Shown: positions 21,166 through 31,450, counted from the first letter of the stretch. The stretch is 64,000 nucleotides of DNA from an uncultured Acidobacteriota bacterium (GCA_963702425.1 CAVPCQ010000032.1:160001-224000), one strand, 5' to 3'. Numbers and translations are program-made. The notes: generated by a model from the letters alone, not told the origin.

Positions 21166-23514
21166 TCAGCGCCTTCCCGGCGGCAGCAGCACGGACGCCG
21201 CCGCGTACAGCCCCACGCCGGCGAGCGCGACGTCATGGAACCCGGCGAGAATCGCCAGCGCGAGCGAGCAGACGCTGGCGAGCACGCTGGCGACGCCGTT
21301 GATCGCCCAGAACCAGGGCTTGCCGGCGTCGCCGAACCGGATCATCCCGACCGGGAACGCGAATCCCATGAGGTATCCGGGAAGCGCGAGCAGCAGCACG
21401 CTCGTCGCCACACGGGCCGGGAACCCCCAGCCCAGGCTGGCGCGGAACACGGGACCGAGGAGCAGCTCCGCGACGAGCACCGCCAGCGGCAGCAGGAACG
21501 CCCACCCGCGGCCGGCGAGGCGGGCCCGCGCGGCCGTCATGGCCCCGAGGCCGGCGCCCAGCAGCAGCGTTCCCAGGACCACCGCGGTCGCGTAGCTGGG
21601 ATGCCCGAGGTACAGGATGAAGCGCTGGATCCACGGCGCCTCGACGAACATGAACGCCAGTCCGATGGCCGCGAAGTAGGCGGTCCCGCGCCAGATGCCG
21701 GCGTGGCGCGGCAGCGCCCGCGCCAGCACGAGCGGCGCAGAGAAGGCGGCCAGCGCGAGCACGGCCATCCCCACGAGGAGCCGCCGGAGCGTGACCACCG
21801 ACTGGTCGTTGGCCGAGAGCGACGCCAGCGCGTCGCGGTTTACGTCTCCGAGCAGGCCGACGGTCTGGAAGAAGAAGGGCCGGTCGTCGGTCGGCGGCGT
21901 CAGATCGAACCCCTGCTCGCGCATCGACTCCCAGCCCGAGACGAGAACCTGCGCCAGCCGCGACTCGGCCGGCGTCTCGGCGCCCTGCGGCCAGTGCCGC
22001 ACCAGGCCGCGCGACGCGACGACCTCGTCGAGCTGCGACAGCCGTTCCGCGTCGAAGGGGCGACGGGAGACGAGCAGCGTGCCGACGCGCCCGGCCTGGA
22101 CCACCGCAAGGTGGCTCAGCGGATCGGCGACGCCTTCGCGCTCGAGCGCGAACCGGGCGAGCAGCGCGAGCCGCAGACCTTCGAGCTGACGCCGGCCCAT
22201 CATCCAGCGCGAGATCGAAACGACCCCGTCGTCCGAGAGCCGGTTCCAGTAGAGACGCAACGCCTCCTCGGTGTAGAGGTAGTTCTCGGAGAGCGCGAAG
22301 GCGCCGGCGGCCGTCGCCGCCCAGGTATCGATCAGCGAGATCTGGATCAGGTCGTACTTCTTGTCGGTGCGCGTCAGGAACGAGCGCCCCTCGGAGACGA
22401 CGGCGTTGACGTGCGGCAGGTGGTACACGTCCCCGGAGAACTCCCGGAATCGCCCCGAGACCAGGTCGACGATCTGCGGGTTGATCTCGATCGCATCGAT
22501 CTCCTGCGCGCCGGCCTCGCGGGCCGTCAGAATGTCACGACCGCCTCCCGCGCCGATGATGCAGACGGTTCGCGGCACCCGTAGCTGATAGCCCACGCTG
22601 GTCACATCGAAAAGCAGATGCTCCAGCGACTCCGGCCCGCCGCCGAGCCGCGTCACGGGCGTGCCCGCAGAGCCATCCTGTTCGATCCAGAGCTGCTCGA
22701 CCGCGTGGGGCGAAAAGCGCGTGCCGAGGCCCCAGTTGAAGGCCTCCTTCGGGTCCTTCTTCCAGAAGACCGTGTCGAAGACCGTGAGCCGGGCGGTGGC
22801 GGTCCACTTCTCGTAGAGCAGCGGACCGGTTTCCTCGTAGAGCTTGTTGTAGCGCAGCGTGTAGGGCGCCCCCCAGGCGATCGAGGCCGCGAGCGCCGCC
22901 GCGATGACCCCGGCCGCGCGACGTCGGGACGGGAACAGCACGGCCAGCGCCACGAGCGGCAGGAGCGCCGAGGCGGCGAGCAGGACCGGGGTCGCGACGA
23001 CGTTCATCAGCGGAATGACGAGCAGCGCCCCGCCCGTCGCCCCGAGCAGGTCGGCACCGTACATCCGCCCGATGGCGCGCCCGGTGACGCTCATCAGCAG
23101 CAGGCAAACGGCGGTCCCGAGAGCGAGCAGCGGCGGCAGCACGCTGACCAGCACCAGCAGCACGCGCCAACCGGCATCGGGCTGCGCTCCCAGCAGCGGC
23201 GACCGGTCCTCGCCCGCGGGCAGGAGCGCGCCCAGCTTGAAGATCGCGACGATCGAAAGCGGCACGAGAATGGCCGACACCTGGAGCGCGATGCGCAACG
23301 CGCGCGGGCGGGCGGGCCGCAGCGCGAACCAGATGCCGGGAGCGCCGAGCGCGAGCATGGCCAGCGACACCGAGAGAAAGGCGAAATGGTACCAGAGCAC
23401 GACGGAGAGGATCCGCGTGATGGCGATCTCGTAGATCAGGACGGTGCAGGAGACGAGCGCGATCGCGACCAGGAGAGACCGCTCGCCTCCGGAGACCTGT
23501 TCATCCGAGTGCAC
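21166..23514 (-). CDS. Polytopic membrane protein with spermidine-synthase-like class I SAM-binding domain
   Basis: YEIAITRILSVVLWYHFAF, YGADLLGA, CIIGAGGGRD, AIEINP, EGRSFL, ENYLYTEEA, TDDRPFFF. Confidence 0.85.
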   Translation of the reverse strand: MHSDEQVSGGERSLLVAIALVSCTVLIYEIAITRILSVVLWYHFAFLSVSLAMLALGAPGIWFALRPARPRALRIALQVSAILVPLSIVAIFKLGALLPAGEDRSPLLGAQPDAGWRVLLVLVSVLPPLLALGTAVCLLLMSVTGRAIGRMYGADLLGATGGALLVIPLMNVVATPVLLAASALLPLVALAVLFPSRRRAAGVIAAALAASIAWGAPYTLRYNKLYEETGPLLYEKWTATARLTVFDTVFWKKDPKEAFNWGLGTRFSPHAVEQLWIEQDGSAGTPVTRLGGGPESLEHLLFDVTSVGYQLRVPRTVCIIGAGGGRDILTAREAGAQEIDAIEINPQIVDLVSGRFREFSGDVYHLPHVNAVVSEGRSFLTRTDKKYDLIQISLIDTWAATAAGAFALSENYLYTEEALRLYWNRLSDDGVVSISRWMMGRRQLEGLRLALLARFALEREGVADPLSHLAVVQAGRVGTLLVSRRPFDAERLSQLDEVVASRGLVRHWPQGAETPAESRLAQVLVSGWESMREQGFDLTPPTDDRPFFFQTVGLLGDVNRDALASLSANDQSVVTLRRLLVGMAVLALAAFSAPLVLARALPRHAGIWRGTAYFAAIGLAFMFVEAPWIQRFILYLGHPSYATAVVLGTLLLGAGLGAMTAARARLAGRGWAFLLPLAVLVAELLLGPVFRASLGWGFPARVATSVLLLALPGYLMGFAFPVGMIRFGDAGKPWFWAINGVASVLASVCSLALAILAGFHDVALAGVGLYAAASVLLPPGRR

Positions 23515-23575
23515 CGACGCATGGTGAAGGAACGATCTGCCGATGACAAGCGGCGGTTCACGACGGCGCGGCGGA

Positions 23576-23602
23576 CGGGCCGGGACGGAGCCCGGCCCCT
23601 AC
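23576..23602 (-). repeat. REP palindrome copy with a compensatory base-pair change
   Basis: GTAGGGGCCGGGCTCCGTCCCGGCCCG versus consensus GTAGGGGCCGGCCTCCGTGCCGGCCCG. Confidence 0.8.
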
Positions 23603-23757
23603 GGGTCTTCGGGACGATCGACCGGCGGCTTCGGCTCCCGCCCGGGGAGCTCACAGGACTGCGACATTCAGGTGGGGATCCCCATCCAGGGGAGGATCCA
23701 GCGCTGGAGCGCGAACCACGCGCCCAGGATCGCAAGAAAAAGCAGGATGTTGGTCAT
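23599..23757 (-). CDS. Putative small membrane selenoprotein (52 aa, in-frame UGA at codon 30, U-x4-C); 29 aa if UGA is a stop
   Basis: Hand translation MTNILLFLAILGAWFALQRWILPWMGIPT-UGA-MSQSCELPGREPKPPVDRPEDP-TAG. TGATG overlap with the upstream gene. UGA at 23668-23670. Confidence 0.6.
23634..23650 (-). promoter_or_regulatory. Candidate bacterial SECIS hairpin
   Basis: GCTCCC-CGGGC-GGGAGC stem-loop starting 17 nt after the UGA, with a small G-rich apical loop. Confidence 0.5.
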
Positions 23758-24050
23758 CAGACCAGTTGCTCCACGTTGACGACGCTCGCTCTCAGGCACG
23801 GCTGGATCTCGCATTTCCCGGCGAAATCCTGCAGGTCTTTCAGGATCGCCGCAACCGCCGCTTCCGACACCCCGGGGACGACGATCACGATCGCCCCGAA
23901 GGAGACCGTTCGGGGCAGGCTCGCGCGCTCGAGGAACTTGTGGCCCACCGCGCCCGGGATCTTCAGGTAGCCTTCCGCCCCGTGGCGGTCGAGCGCGCCG
24001 ACCACCTCGTGCTCGAGGTCCTCGCTGCAGTAGATGACGAGCTGCTTCAT
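23757..24050 (-). CDS. P-II/GlnB-like transporter-associated small protein with C-x4-C
   Basis: MKQLVIYCSEDLEHEVVGALDRHGAEGYLKIPGAVGH...CEIQPCLRASVVNVEQLV. ATGA overlap with the RND gene. Fold call is from sequence pattern only. Confidence 0.7.
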   Translation of the reverse strand: MKQLVIYCSEDLEHEVVGALDRHGAEGYLKIPGAVGHKFLERASLPRTVSFGAIVIVVPGVSEAAVAAILKDLQDFAGKCEIQPCLRASVVNVEQLV

Positions 24051-27000
24051 TCCGCGTCTCCCGATGCCGGCGTCTCGTGCTTGGCGCGCTCGACCATGTA
24101 GTAGAGCACGGGCACGACGACCAGCGTCAAGACGGTCGAGGCCAGCGAGCCGAACATCAGGGCGATTGCCAGCCCCTGGAAGATCGGGTCGAACAGGATC
24201 ACCACCGCGCCCATGACCACCGCGCCCGCGGTCAGCACGATCGGCCGCGTCCGCACCGCCCCGGCCTCGACCAGCGCCTCGCCCAGCGTCCGCCCCTCGG
24301 CCAGCGCCAGCTCGACGAAATCGATCAAGAGGATCCCGTTGCGGACCATGATCCCGGCCAGCGCGATGAAGCCGATCATCGAAGTCGCGGTGAAGAAGGC
24401 TCCCAGCGCCCAGTGCCCCGGGACCACGCCGATCAGGCCGAGCGGAATCGCGACCATCATCACCAGTGGCACCGTGAACGATCGGAACCAGCCGATGATC
24501 AGCAGGTAGATCAGCACCAGCACGGCGGCGAAGGCGAAGCCGAGGTCGCGGAAGACCTCGTAGGTGATGTGCCACTCGCCGTCCCACTTCATCGCCGGCT
24601 TCTCTTCGGACCCCGGCTCGTCGCGGTAGTACTGCTCGACCACGCCGCCCCCGGGGACTTGCAGCTTGTCGATCTCCTTGGCCATCTTGAGGATCGCGTA
24701 GACTGGGCTCTCCTCGCGGCCGGAGACATCGGCGGTGACGTAGACGACGGGCTTCAGGTTCTTGCGGAACAGGCTGGCGTCCTCCGTCGTGCGGCGGACC
24801 GTCACCAGCTCCGACATCGGGACCATCGCCCCGCTCATCGCCGCGAGCTTGACCGCCGCGAGGGCCGCGACCGACGAACGCTCGGCCCGCGGCAGCTCGA
24901 CGCGGATCGGCACCGGCTCGGCCTCCGCGTCGCGGTGCAGCAGCCCCGCGTCCTCGCCGGCGATCAGCGCCCGCAGCGAGCGGGCAACCATCGCCGCCGG
25001 AACGCCATGGAGGGCAGCCTTCTCGCGGTCGACCTCGAAGACTTCCTTCGGCTGCGGCGCCTCGACCCACCAGTCGACGTCGACCACGGAGGGGGTCGAT
25101 TCGAAGATCCCCTTGATCCGCTCGGCCGTCGCGCGGCGGGCCTTCTCGTCCGGGCCGTAGACCTCCGCGACCAGCGTCGCCAGGACCGGCGGCCCCGGCG
25201 GGACCTCGGCGATCTTCACCGCCGCGCCGTTCTTCCTGGCGATTTCCTCCACCGCCGGGCGGATCCGCTTGGCGATGTCGTGGCTCTGGTCCTTGCGGTC
25301 GTGCTTGGGGGCCAGATTCACTTGAAGATCGGCGACATTGGCGCCGCGCCGCAGGTCGTAGTGCCGAACCAGGCCGTTGAAGTTGACCGGCGCCGACGTC
25401 CCGGCGTACAGCTCGACATCGGTCACCTCCGGCACGCTGCCCAGGTAGATCCCGATCTCGCGCGCCACGCGCGCCGTGTCCTCGAGCGTCGTCCCCTCCG
25501 GCATGTCGACCACGATCTGCAGCTCGCTCTTGTTGTCGAACGGCAGCATCTTCACCGCGACCATCTTGAGCGGGAACATCGCCACGGCGCCCGCCAACAG
25601 CAGCGCGACGCCCCCCAGGAAGCCCCAGCGGAGCGCGGGCTTCTCCATCATCGGCACGAGGATCCGGCGATAGAGGCCGTAGATCCTGGTCCGCTTGACG
25701 TCGTACTCCTCGTCGTGGGCGTGTCCGCCGCGCAGCAGCCGGTAGGCCAGCCAGGGGGCGATCGTCAGCGCGACGACCAGCGAGAAGAGCATCGCCAGCG
25801 ACGCGCCGATCGGCATCGGCGCCATGTAGGGACCCATCAGGCCGCGCACGAAGGCCATCGGCAGCAGGGCCGCGATGACGGTGAAGGTCGCCAGGATCGT
25901 CGGGTTGCCGACCTCGGAGACCGCGGTCACCGCGGCCTGCAGCGCCGGCAGCTTCTTCATCGAGAAGTGCCGGGCGACGTTCTCGACGACGATGATCGAG
26001 TCGTCGACGACGAGCCCGGTGACGAAGATCAGCGCGAAGAGGGTCACGCGGTTCAGGGTGTAGCCGAAGACGTAGTAGATGAAGAGCGTCAGGGCGAAGG
26101 TCACCGGCAGCGAGATGAAGACCACCAGCGAGCCGCGCCACCCGAGCGACAGGGCGATGAAGATCGTCACGATCACGATCGTGAGGAGCAGGTGCAGCTC
26201 CAGCTCGTCGACCTTTTCGCGCGCGGTCTCGCCGTAGTTCCGCGTCACCTCGACTTCGACGCCGCCCGGGACCAGCGTCCCCTTCAGTGCGTTGACCTTG
26301 TCGAGCGCGGCGGCGGTCACGCGGTAGGCGTCCGCCCCCTTGCGCTTGGCGAGCGACAGGGTGACCGCGTCGTAGAGGCCGGCCGGCGCCTCGATGCCGC
26401 GCGTCCGCGCCGCCGGCCCGGGCGAGAAGGCGACGTAGTCGGCCGGCTCCTCCGGGCCGTCGAGCACGGTGGCGACGTCCCGCAGGTAGATCGGCTTTCC
26501 CTCGTGTGCACCGACGACCAGCCCCTCGACGTCCTCGCGGCTCCTCAGGAACCCGCCGGTCTCGACCTTGACCTCGCGGTTCCCCTGCTCGATGCTGCCG
26601 GCCGGGGCGCTCGCGTTCTGGAACTGCAGCGCCTGGACGATCGTCCCCGGGTCGGCGTGCATCGCCGCCATCCGGCCGCCGTCGAGCTGCACCCGCACCG
26701 CGCGCCGCTGGCCGCCGATGATCTTGATCTCCGAGACGTCGTCGAGCCGCGACAGTTCCCTGCCCATCTCGGCCGCCAGCCGCCGCAGCGCGAAGCCGTC
26801 CTGGTCCTTGCGCGCGCTCCAGAGCGTCAGCCCCAGCACCGGCACGTCGTCGATCGCCCGCGTCCTGATCAGCGGCGGAGTCGCGCCGGGCGGCATCCGG
26901 TCCAGCCCCGAGACGAGCTTGTCGTAGATCTTGACCAGGCTGCGCTCCTGGTCCTCGCCCACCTTGAAGCGGACCGTGACCATCGCCACGCTGGGCATCG

Positions 27001-27271
27001 ACCCGGAGTAGACGTACTCGACCCCGGGAATCTCCGCCATCCGCTTTTCCAGCGGGATCGTGACGCGGTTCTCGACGGCCTGGGGCGAGGCGCCCGGCAG
27101 GCCGACGAAGATGTCGACCATCGGGACGACGATCTGCGGCTCCTCCTCGCGCGGCGTGAGCAGCACCGCGAACCCGCCGAGCAGGAGCGACGCCACGATC
27201 AAGAGCGGCGTCAGCTTGGAGTCGATGAAGAAGTGGGCGACCTTGCCGGCCGGCCCGAGGCTGGGGGTCAT
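24047..27271 (-). CDS. RND efflux transporter permease (AcrB/AcrD/AcrF family)
   Basis: 1074 aa. PREEEPQIVVPMVD, GLVVDDSIIVVEN, GEWHITYEVFRDLG, GIMVRNGILLIDF, RTRPIVLT. Confidence 0.96.
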   Translation of the reverse strand: MTPSLGPAGKVAHFFIDSKLTPLLIVASLLLGGFAVLLTPREEEPQIVVPMVDIFVGLPGASPQAVENRVTIPLEKRMAEIPGVEYVYSGSMPSVAMVTVRFKVGEDQERSLVKIYDKLVSGLDRMPPGATPPLIRTRAIDDVPVLGLTLWSARKDQDGFALRRLAAEMGRELSRLDDVSEIKIIGGQRRAVRVQLDGGRMAAMHADPGTIVQALQFQNASAPAGSIEQGNREVKVETGGFLRSREDVEGLVVGAHEGKPIYLRDVATVLDGPEEPADYVAFSPGPAARTRGIEAPAGLYDAVTLSLAKRKGADAYRVTAAALDKVNALKGTLVPGGVEVEVTRNYGETAREKVDELELHLLLTIVIVTIFIALSLGWRGSLVVFISLPVTFALTLFIYYVFGYTLNRVTLFALIFVTGLVVDDSIIVVENVARHFSMKKLPALQAAVTAVSEVGNPTILATFTVIAALLPMAFVRGLMGPYMAPMPIGASLAMLFSLVVALTIAPWLAYRLLRGGHAHDEEYDVKRTRIYGLYRRILVPMMEKPALRWGFLGGVALLLAGAVAMFPLKMVAVKMLPFDNKSELQIVVDMPEGTTLEDTARVAREIGIYLGSVPEVTDVELYAGTSAPVNFNGLVRHYDLRRGANVADLQVNLAPKHDRKDQSHDIAKRIRPAVEEIARKNGAAVKIAEVPPGPPVLATLVAEVYGPDEKARRATAERIKGIFESTPSVVDVDWWVEAPQPKEVFEVDREKAALHGVPAAMVARSLRALIAGEDAGLLHRDAEAEPVPIRVELPRAERSSVAALAAVKLAAMSGAMVPMSELVTVRRTTEDASLFRKNLKPVVYVTADVSGREESPVYAILKMAKEIDKLQVPGGGVVEQYYRDEPGSEEKPAMKWDGEWHITYEVFRDLGFAFAAVLVLIYLLIIGWFRSFTVPLVMMVAIPLGLIGVVPGHWALGAFFTATSMIGFIALAGIMVRNGILLIDFVELALAEGRTLGEALVEAGAVRTRPIVLTAGAVVMGAVVILFDPIFQGLAIALMFGSLASTVLTLVVVPVLYYMVERAKHETPASGDAE

Positions 27272-28431
27272 CGTGTCACCTCAGCGGGCCTTGCGCCGGA
27301 ACTGGAGGGGCCGGGGTCGGACGCGCCGGAGATCGGCGCGCCGTCGGCGATCCCCGCGGGCGGCGCGCTGACGTAGCGCTCGCCGGCGGAGAGGCCCGAG
27401 AGGACCTCGACCCGGTCGCCGAGCAGCGCCCCCGGCCGCACCCAGCGCAGCCGCGCCTTGCCCGCCTCGTCCACGATCCAGACGCCCTGGAGCTGTCCGC
27501 GCTCGACCAGCGCCGCCGCCGGCACGGTCAGCGTTTCCCGCGTCCCCTTCGGGAACCGGATGCGCACGTACATCCCCGGCTTGATCGCGCCGCCGGGGTT
27601 GTCGAGCAGCAGCTTCACCGCGAAGGTCCGGCTCATCGAATCGCCGGCCGGGACGATCCGCTCGACCGTCGCCGGGACCGGCGCGCCCAGCACGTCGATC
27701 GCGACCGTCGCCGGCGCGCCTTCCGCGAGGCCGACGATCTGCGCCTCCGGCACCTGCGCCACGACCCGGACCTTCGACAGGTCGTCCACCGTGAAGAGCG
27801 GCATCCCGGGCGACGCCATGTCGCCGGCTTCGATCCGCTTCGCGGTGACGACGCCGGAGACCGGGGTCGAGACGATGGCGTAGCCGAGCATCACCTGGGC
27901 CGCCGCGAGATTCGCCTGCGCCTGCTGCACGCCGGCCCTGGCCATGTTGTAGCCGGCGGTCGCATCCTCGAGGTTCTTGGCGGTGGCGGAGCCGCGTTCG
28001 ACCAGCGCGGTCATGCGCTTGTACGTCGCCTCGGCGTTCGTCTGCTGCGCCTCGGCCATCGCGACGCCGGCCTTCGCCTGCTCGACCGCCGCCGCCAGGT
28101 CGCGGCTCTCGAGCCGCGCCAGCGCCTGCCCGGCGCGGACGGCGTCCCCCTCGCGGACCATCACGCGCTCGACGCGCCCCATGATCTTCGTGCCGGGGGA
28201 GACGCGCTCGATCGGCTCGACCGCGCCGGACACCTCGACGACATCAGCCGAGGAGGCCAGCTCGGCCACGGCGACCGGCGCCGACACGGCGGCCGGCTCG
28301 GCGGGAGGGGCGACCTCGTGCCGGCCGCCGCAGCCGGCGGAGAGCAGGACCGCGGCCAGCGCGGCGACAACGAGGACGACGGAAGCGGGTCGGGAACTCG
28401 GGCGGCGGATCATCGGCGGTTCTCCCGTCAC
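27268..28431 (-). CDS. RND periplasmic adaptor (membrane fusion protein), lipoprotein
   Basis: Lipobox LLSAGC; GRVERVMVREGDAVRAGQ; PVSGVVT; SRTFAVK; PGMYVR; VEVLSGLSAGE. Confidence 0.93.
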   Translation of the reverse strand: MTGEPPMIRRPSSRPASVVLVVAALAAVLLSAGCGGRHEVAPPAEPAAVSAPVAVAELASSADVVEVSGAVEPIERVSPGTKIMGRVERVMVREGDAVRAGQALARLESRDLAAAVEQAKAGVAMAEAQQTNAEATYKRMTALVERGSATAKNLEDATAGYNMARAGVQQAQANLAAAQVMLGYAIVSTPVSGVVTAKRIEAGDMASPGMPLFTVDDLSKVRVVAQVPEAQIVGLAEGAPATVAIDVLGAPVPATVERIVPAGDSMSRTFAVKLLLDNPGGAIKPGMYVRIRFPKGTRETLTVPAAALVERGQLQGVWIVDEAGKARLRWVRPGALLGDRVEVLSGLSAGERYVSAPPAGIADGAPISGASDPGPSSSGARPAEVTR

Positions 28432-29759
28432 AGGCGGCCGATGGCCAGCTTCAGGCGGGCCTCGGCGAGCAGGACATCGCGGCGTGCGGAGACTTCGCGG
28501 GTGCGGGAGGAGGTCAGCGCGGTCTCGGCGGCCAGCAGCTCGACCAGCGTCGTCAGCCCCTCCTTGTAGCGGTCCTCGACGATCACGAGGCTGGCCTCCG
28601 CGGACTCGATCGCCTTGGCCGCGTGTCCGAGGCTCTCGCGCGAGGCCTTCAGATCGTAGAACGCCTGCCGCACCTCGAGACCGGCCATCTGGCGCAGGTG
28701 GTTCGCGTATTCGGTCGCCTGGCGCTGCTGCTCCTCCGCGCGGCGCACGCGGGAGCGCGTGCCGAAGCCATCGAACGCGTTCCAGGTGACGGTGCCCATC
28801 ACGGTCCAGTTGGTGCCGTCGGCGCCGATGAAGTCCTCCGCGTTCGCCTCGTAGGCCCCACCGACGCCGATTTCGGGCAGGTAGCCGGCGCGCGCCACCT
28901 TGATCATCTTCTCTGCGGCACCGGTCCGCGCGACTGCGGCCTTGAGATCGGGGCGCGCGTCGATCGCCTCCTTCGTCAGCGCGTCGAGATCGCTCTCGGT
29001 GAAGACCGGAACGTCGACGCTCGCCGGCAGCGCGTGGGGCGTGTCGAGCGGCAGCCCCATGGCGAGGTTCAGCCCGGCGCGCGCCACCGCCGCCTGGCTG
29101 TCGGCGCGGGTCAGCATGTCCCTCAGCTCCAGCTCGCGGACCTCCGCCTGGAGCAGGTCGGAGCGGACGACCATCCCGGTCTCGACCATGTCGCGCACGA
29201 GCTTGACGTGGGCTGACGCCGTCTTCAGCCCCTCGCCGGCGACGCCGCGGGTGCTCTCGGCCAGCACGGCGCCGCTGTAGGCCTCGATCACCCGCTGCGT
29301 GACCTGCTGGCGCGCCGTGTCGCGGTCGGCCGCCGCGGCCGCCGCCCCCAGCTCGGCCGCCGCGACCCCGCCGGCGATCTTCCCGCCGCTCCAGATCGGC
29401 TGCATCACGGCCAGCTTGGTGTTCCAGTTGTTGGTGGCGGGCGGCTCGTTGAGGAAGTTCGGATCAAAGTTGGCCGGGCCGAAGCGCTCCTGCGACAGGA
29501 GGTCGCTGAAGACCAGGACCGGGTTGGTGCTGCGCGACGCGAACTCCGAGAGCTGAACCCGGGGGAGGCGCCAGGAGCGGGCCTCGTCGACCTGCGCCTC
29601 GGCCGCACCAACCCCGGCGTCGGCCGCGCGCAGCAGCGGGTTCTGCTCGAGCGCGGTCGCGACGGCCTCGTCGAGCGTCAGCGGGGCGGCCTCGGCCGCA
29701 GCGGCCGGCCGGGCCAAGCCCAGCGCCAGGATTACCAGGCCAAGTACGATGCGCTTCAT
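28428..29759 (-). CDS. TolC family outer-membrane efflux protein
   Basis: Signal peptide MKRIVLGLVILALG; PLTLDEAVATALEQNP; RYKEGLTTLVELLAAE; LKLAIGRL. Confidence 0.93.
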   Translation of the reverse strand: MKRIVLGLVILALGLARPAAAAEAAPLTLDEAVATALEQNPLLRAADAGVGAAEAQVDEARSWRLPRVQLSEFASRSTNPVLVFSDLLSQERFGPANFDPNFLNEPPATNNWNTKLAVMQPIWSGGKIAGGVAAAELGAAAAAADRDTARQQVTQRVIEAYSGAVLAESTRGVAGEGLKTASAHVKLVRDMVETGMVVRSDLLQAEVRELELRDMLTRADSQAAVARAGLNLAMGLPLDTPHALPASVDVPVFTESDLDALTKEAIDARPDLKAAVARTGAAEKMIKVARAGYLPEIGVGGAYEANAEDFIGADGTNWTVMGTVTWNAFDGFGTRSRVRRAEEQQRQATEYANHLRQMAGLEVRQAFYDLKASRESLGHAAKAIESAEASLVIVEDRYKEGLTTLVELLAAETALTSSRTREVSARRDVLLAEARLKLAIGRL

Positions 29760-29836
29760 GGCGATGTCACCCTCGCGGGGCCCGGCGGGACCGCCGGGCC
29801 GGCGGATAGCGCAGAGATGCCGCGGCGGGGGCCGGG

Positions 29837-30914
29837 TTACAGCCAGCGGCGGGTCCGGAACCAGAGGTACATCCCGAGCGCCGCGGCCGCCATCAGGCCG
29901 AGCGCTCCGTACCAGCCCGAGACCTGCTCCTTCCCGGGGAACAGGACGTTCATCCCGCCGACGCTGGCGATGAAGGTCATCGGCATGAAGATCGTGCTGA
30001 TCAGGGTCAGGGCCTTCATCACCTCGTTCAGCTTGAGGCTGACGGCGTTCAGGTAGAGGTCGTGCACGGTGCCGACGACGTCCCGCAGGTTCTCCAGCAT
30101 GTCGATCAGCTGGATCGTGTGATCGTAGATGTCGCGGAAGTAGATTCGGGATTCGGGGCGCAGAAGCGCCGCTCTCGCCCCGCTCGAGCCAGGAGATGAC
30201 CTCGCGCATCGGCCAGACGGTCCGGCGCATCTCGATCAGCGAGCGCTTCATCGCCAGCACGCTCTCGATCGTCTCACGACTTGGATCGGAGAGGACCCGG
30301 TCCTCGAGGTCCTCGAGCTTGACGCCCAACTGCTCCGTGATGACGAAGTAGTTGTCGACGATCGTATCGAGCAGCCGGTACATGAGGTAATCGACGCTTC
30401 TCTGGCGCGCCTGGGCCTGACCCTGCGCGATGCGCGACGCGATCCCGCCGAACAACGTCGGCTGCTGCTCTTCGAAGGTGATCAGCCAGTCCTTCCCGAG
30501 CACGAAGCTGACCTGCTCGGCCACCACCTCGCCCGACTCCGCGTCGAGTGACAGGTTGCGGACCACGACGAAGAGATAGTCGCCGTAGTCGTCGCACTTG
30601 GGGCGCTGGCCGACGTTGACGATATCTTCGACGACCAGCGGGTGCAGGCCGAACATCTCCGCCACCTTCTGGATCTGCGCGACATCGTGCACCCCGTCGA
30701 TGCAGATCCAGCTCGGCCGCCCCGAGTCGCGGAACCGGGGAAGATCGGACGGCTTGACGTCCGCGTGGAGCGATGCCGTCGCGGTGTCGTAGTCGAGGAC
30801 GCTGATCCGGATCGGGCGCGCGACCTCGGCCCCGGTGTAGACGGGGGTGCCGGGGGGGAGTCCGGCCTTCTGCGCGCGGTGGCCCCGGGCAGCTTTGCGA
30901 CGGCGTCGGCTCAC
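29837..30914 (-). CDS. corA: CorA magnesium/cobalt transporter (frameshift near 30150)
   Basis: KAGLPPGTPVYTG, FGLHPLVVEDIVN, QRPKCDDY; second frame LNEVMKALTLISTIFMPMTFIASVGGMN (GMN signature). Confidence 0.9.
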
Positions 30915-31007
30915 GGCCGGATTATCGCCGTGTCCAGTTTGACGGTCCACGGGGGCTCCCGGAGAATGGGGCGGTCCCAGTCCACACGCTCACCGGAGGA
31001 GAGACCG

Positions 31008-31424
31008 ATGGCTCAGCTCAAGGGGTCCAGGACCCACCAGAACCTCAAGGACGCGTTCGCCGGGGAGTCCCAGGCCAACCGCCGCTACCTCTACTTCGCC
31101 AAGCAGGCCGACATCGAGGGCTACCCCGAAGTTTCCGGGCTGTTCCGCGACACCGCGGAGGGCGAGACCGGCCACGCCCACGGCCACCTCGACTACCTGA
31201 GAAAGGTCGGCGATCCCGCGACCGACCTGCCGATCGTCGGCGTCGACGAGATGCTCAAGTCGGCCGTCGCGGGCGAGACCCACGAGTACACCGACATGTA
31301 CCCGGGGATGGCCAAGACCGCCCGCGAGGAAGGCTTCGCCGAGATCGCGGACTGGTTCGAGACGCTGGCCAAGGCCGAGCGCTCGCACGCCGGCAAGTTC
31401 CAGAAGGCCCTCGGTACGATCTGA
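31008..31424 (+). CDS. Rubrerythrin (short type, no rubredoxin domain)
   Basis: [48 protein letters not shown]; GGAGGA RBS. Confidence 0.95.
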   Translation: MAQLKGSRTHQNLKDAFAGESQANRRYLYFAKQADIEGYPEVSGLFRDTAEGETGHAHGHLDYLRKVGDPATDLPIVGVDEMLKSAVAGETHEYTDMYPGMAKTAREEGFAEIADWFETLAKAERSHAGKFQKALGTI

Positions 31425-31450
31425 TCCACCGCACCGCGCACGACGGATCC

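Noticed and set aside
28428-30950. Apparent CorA-TolC fusion (840-aa ORF)
   Set aside because: It results from a frameshift in corA. The CorA C-terminus is in ORF 29837..30100, and TolC has its own RBS and signal peptide at 29759.
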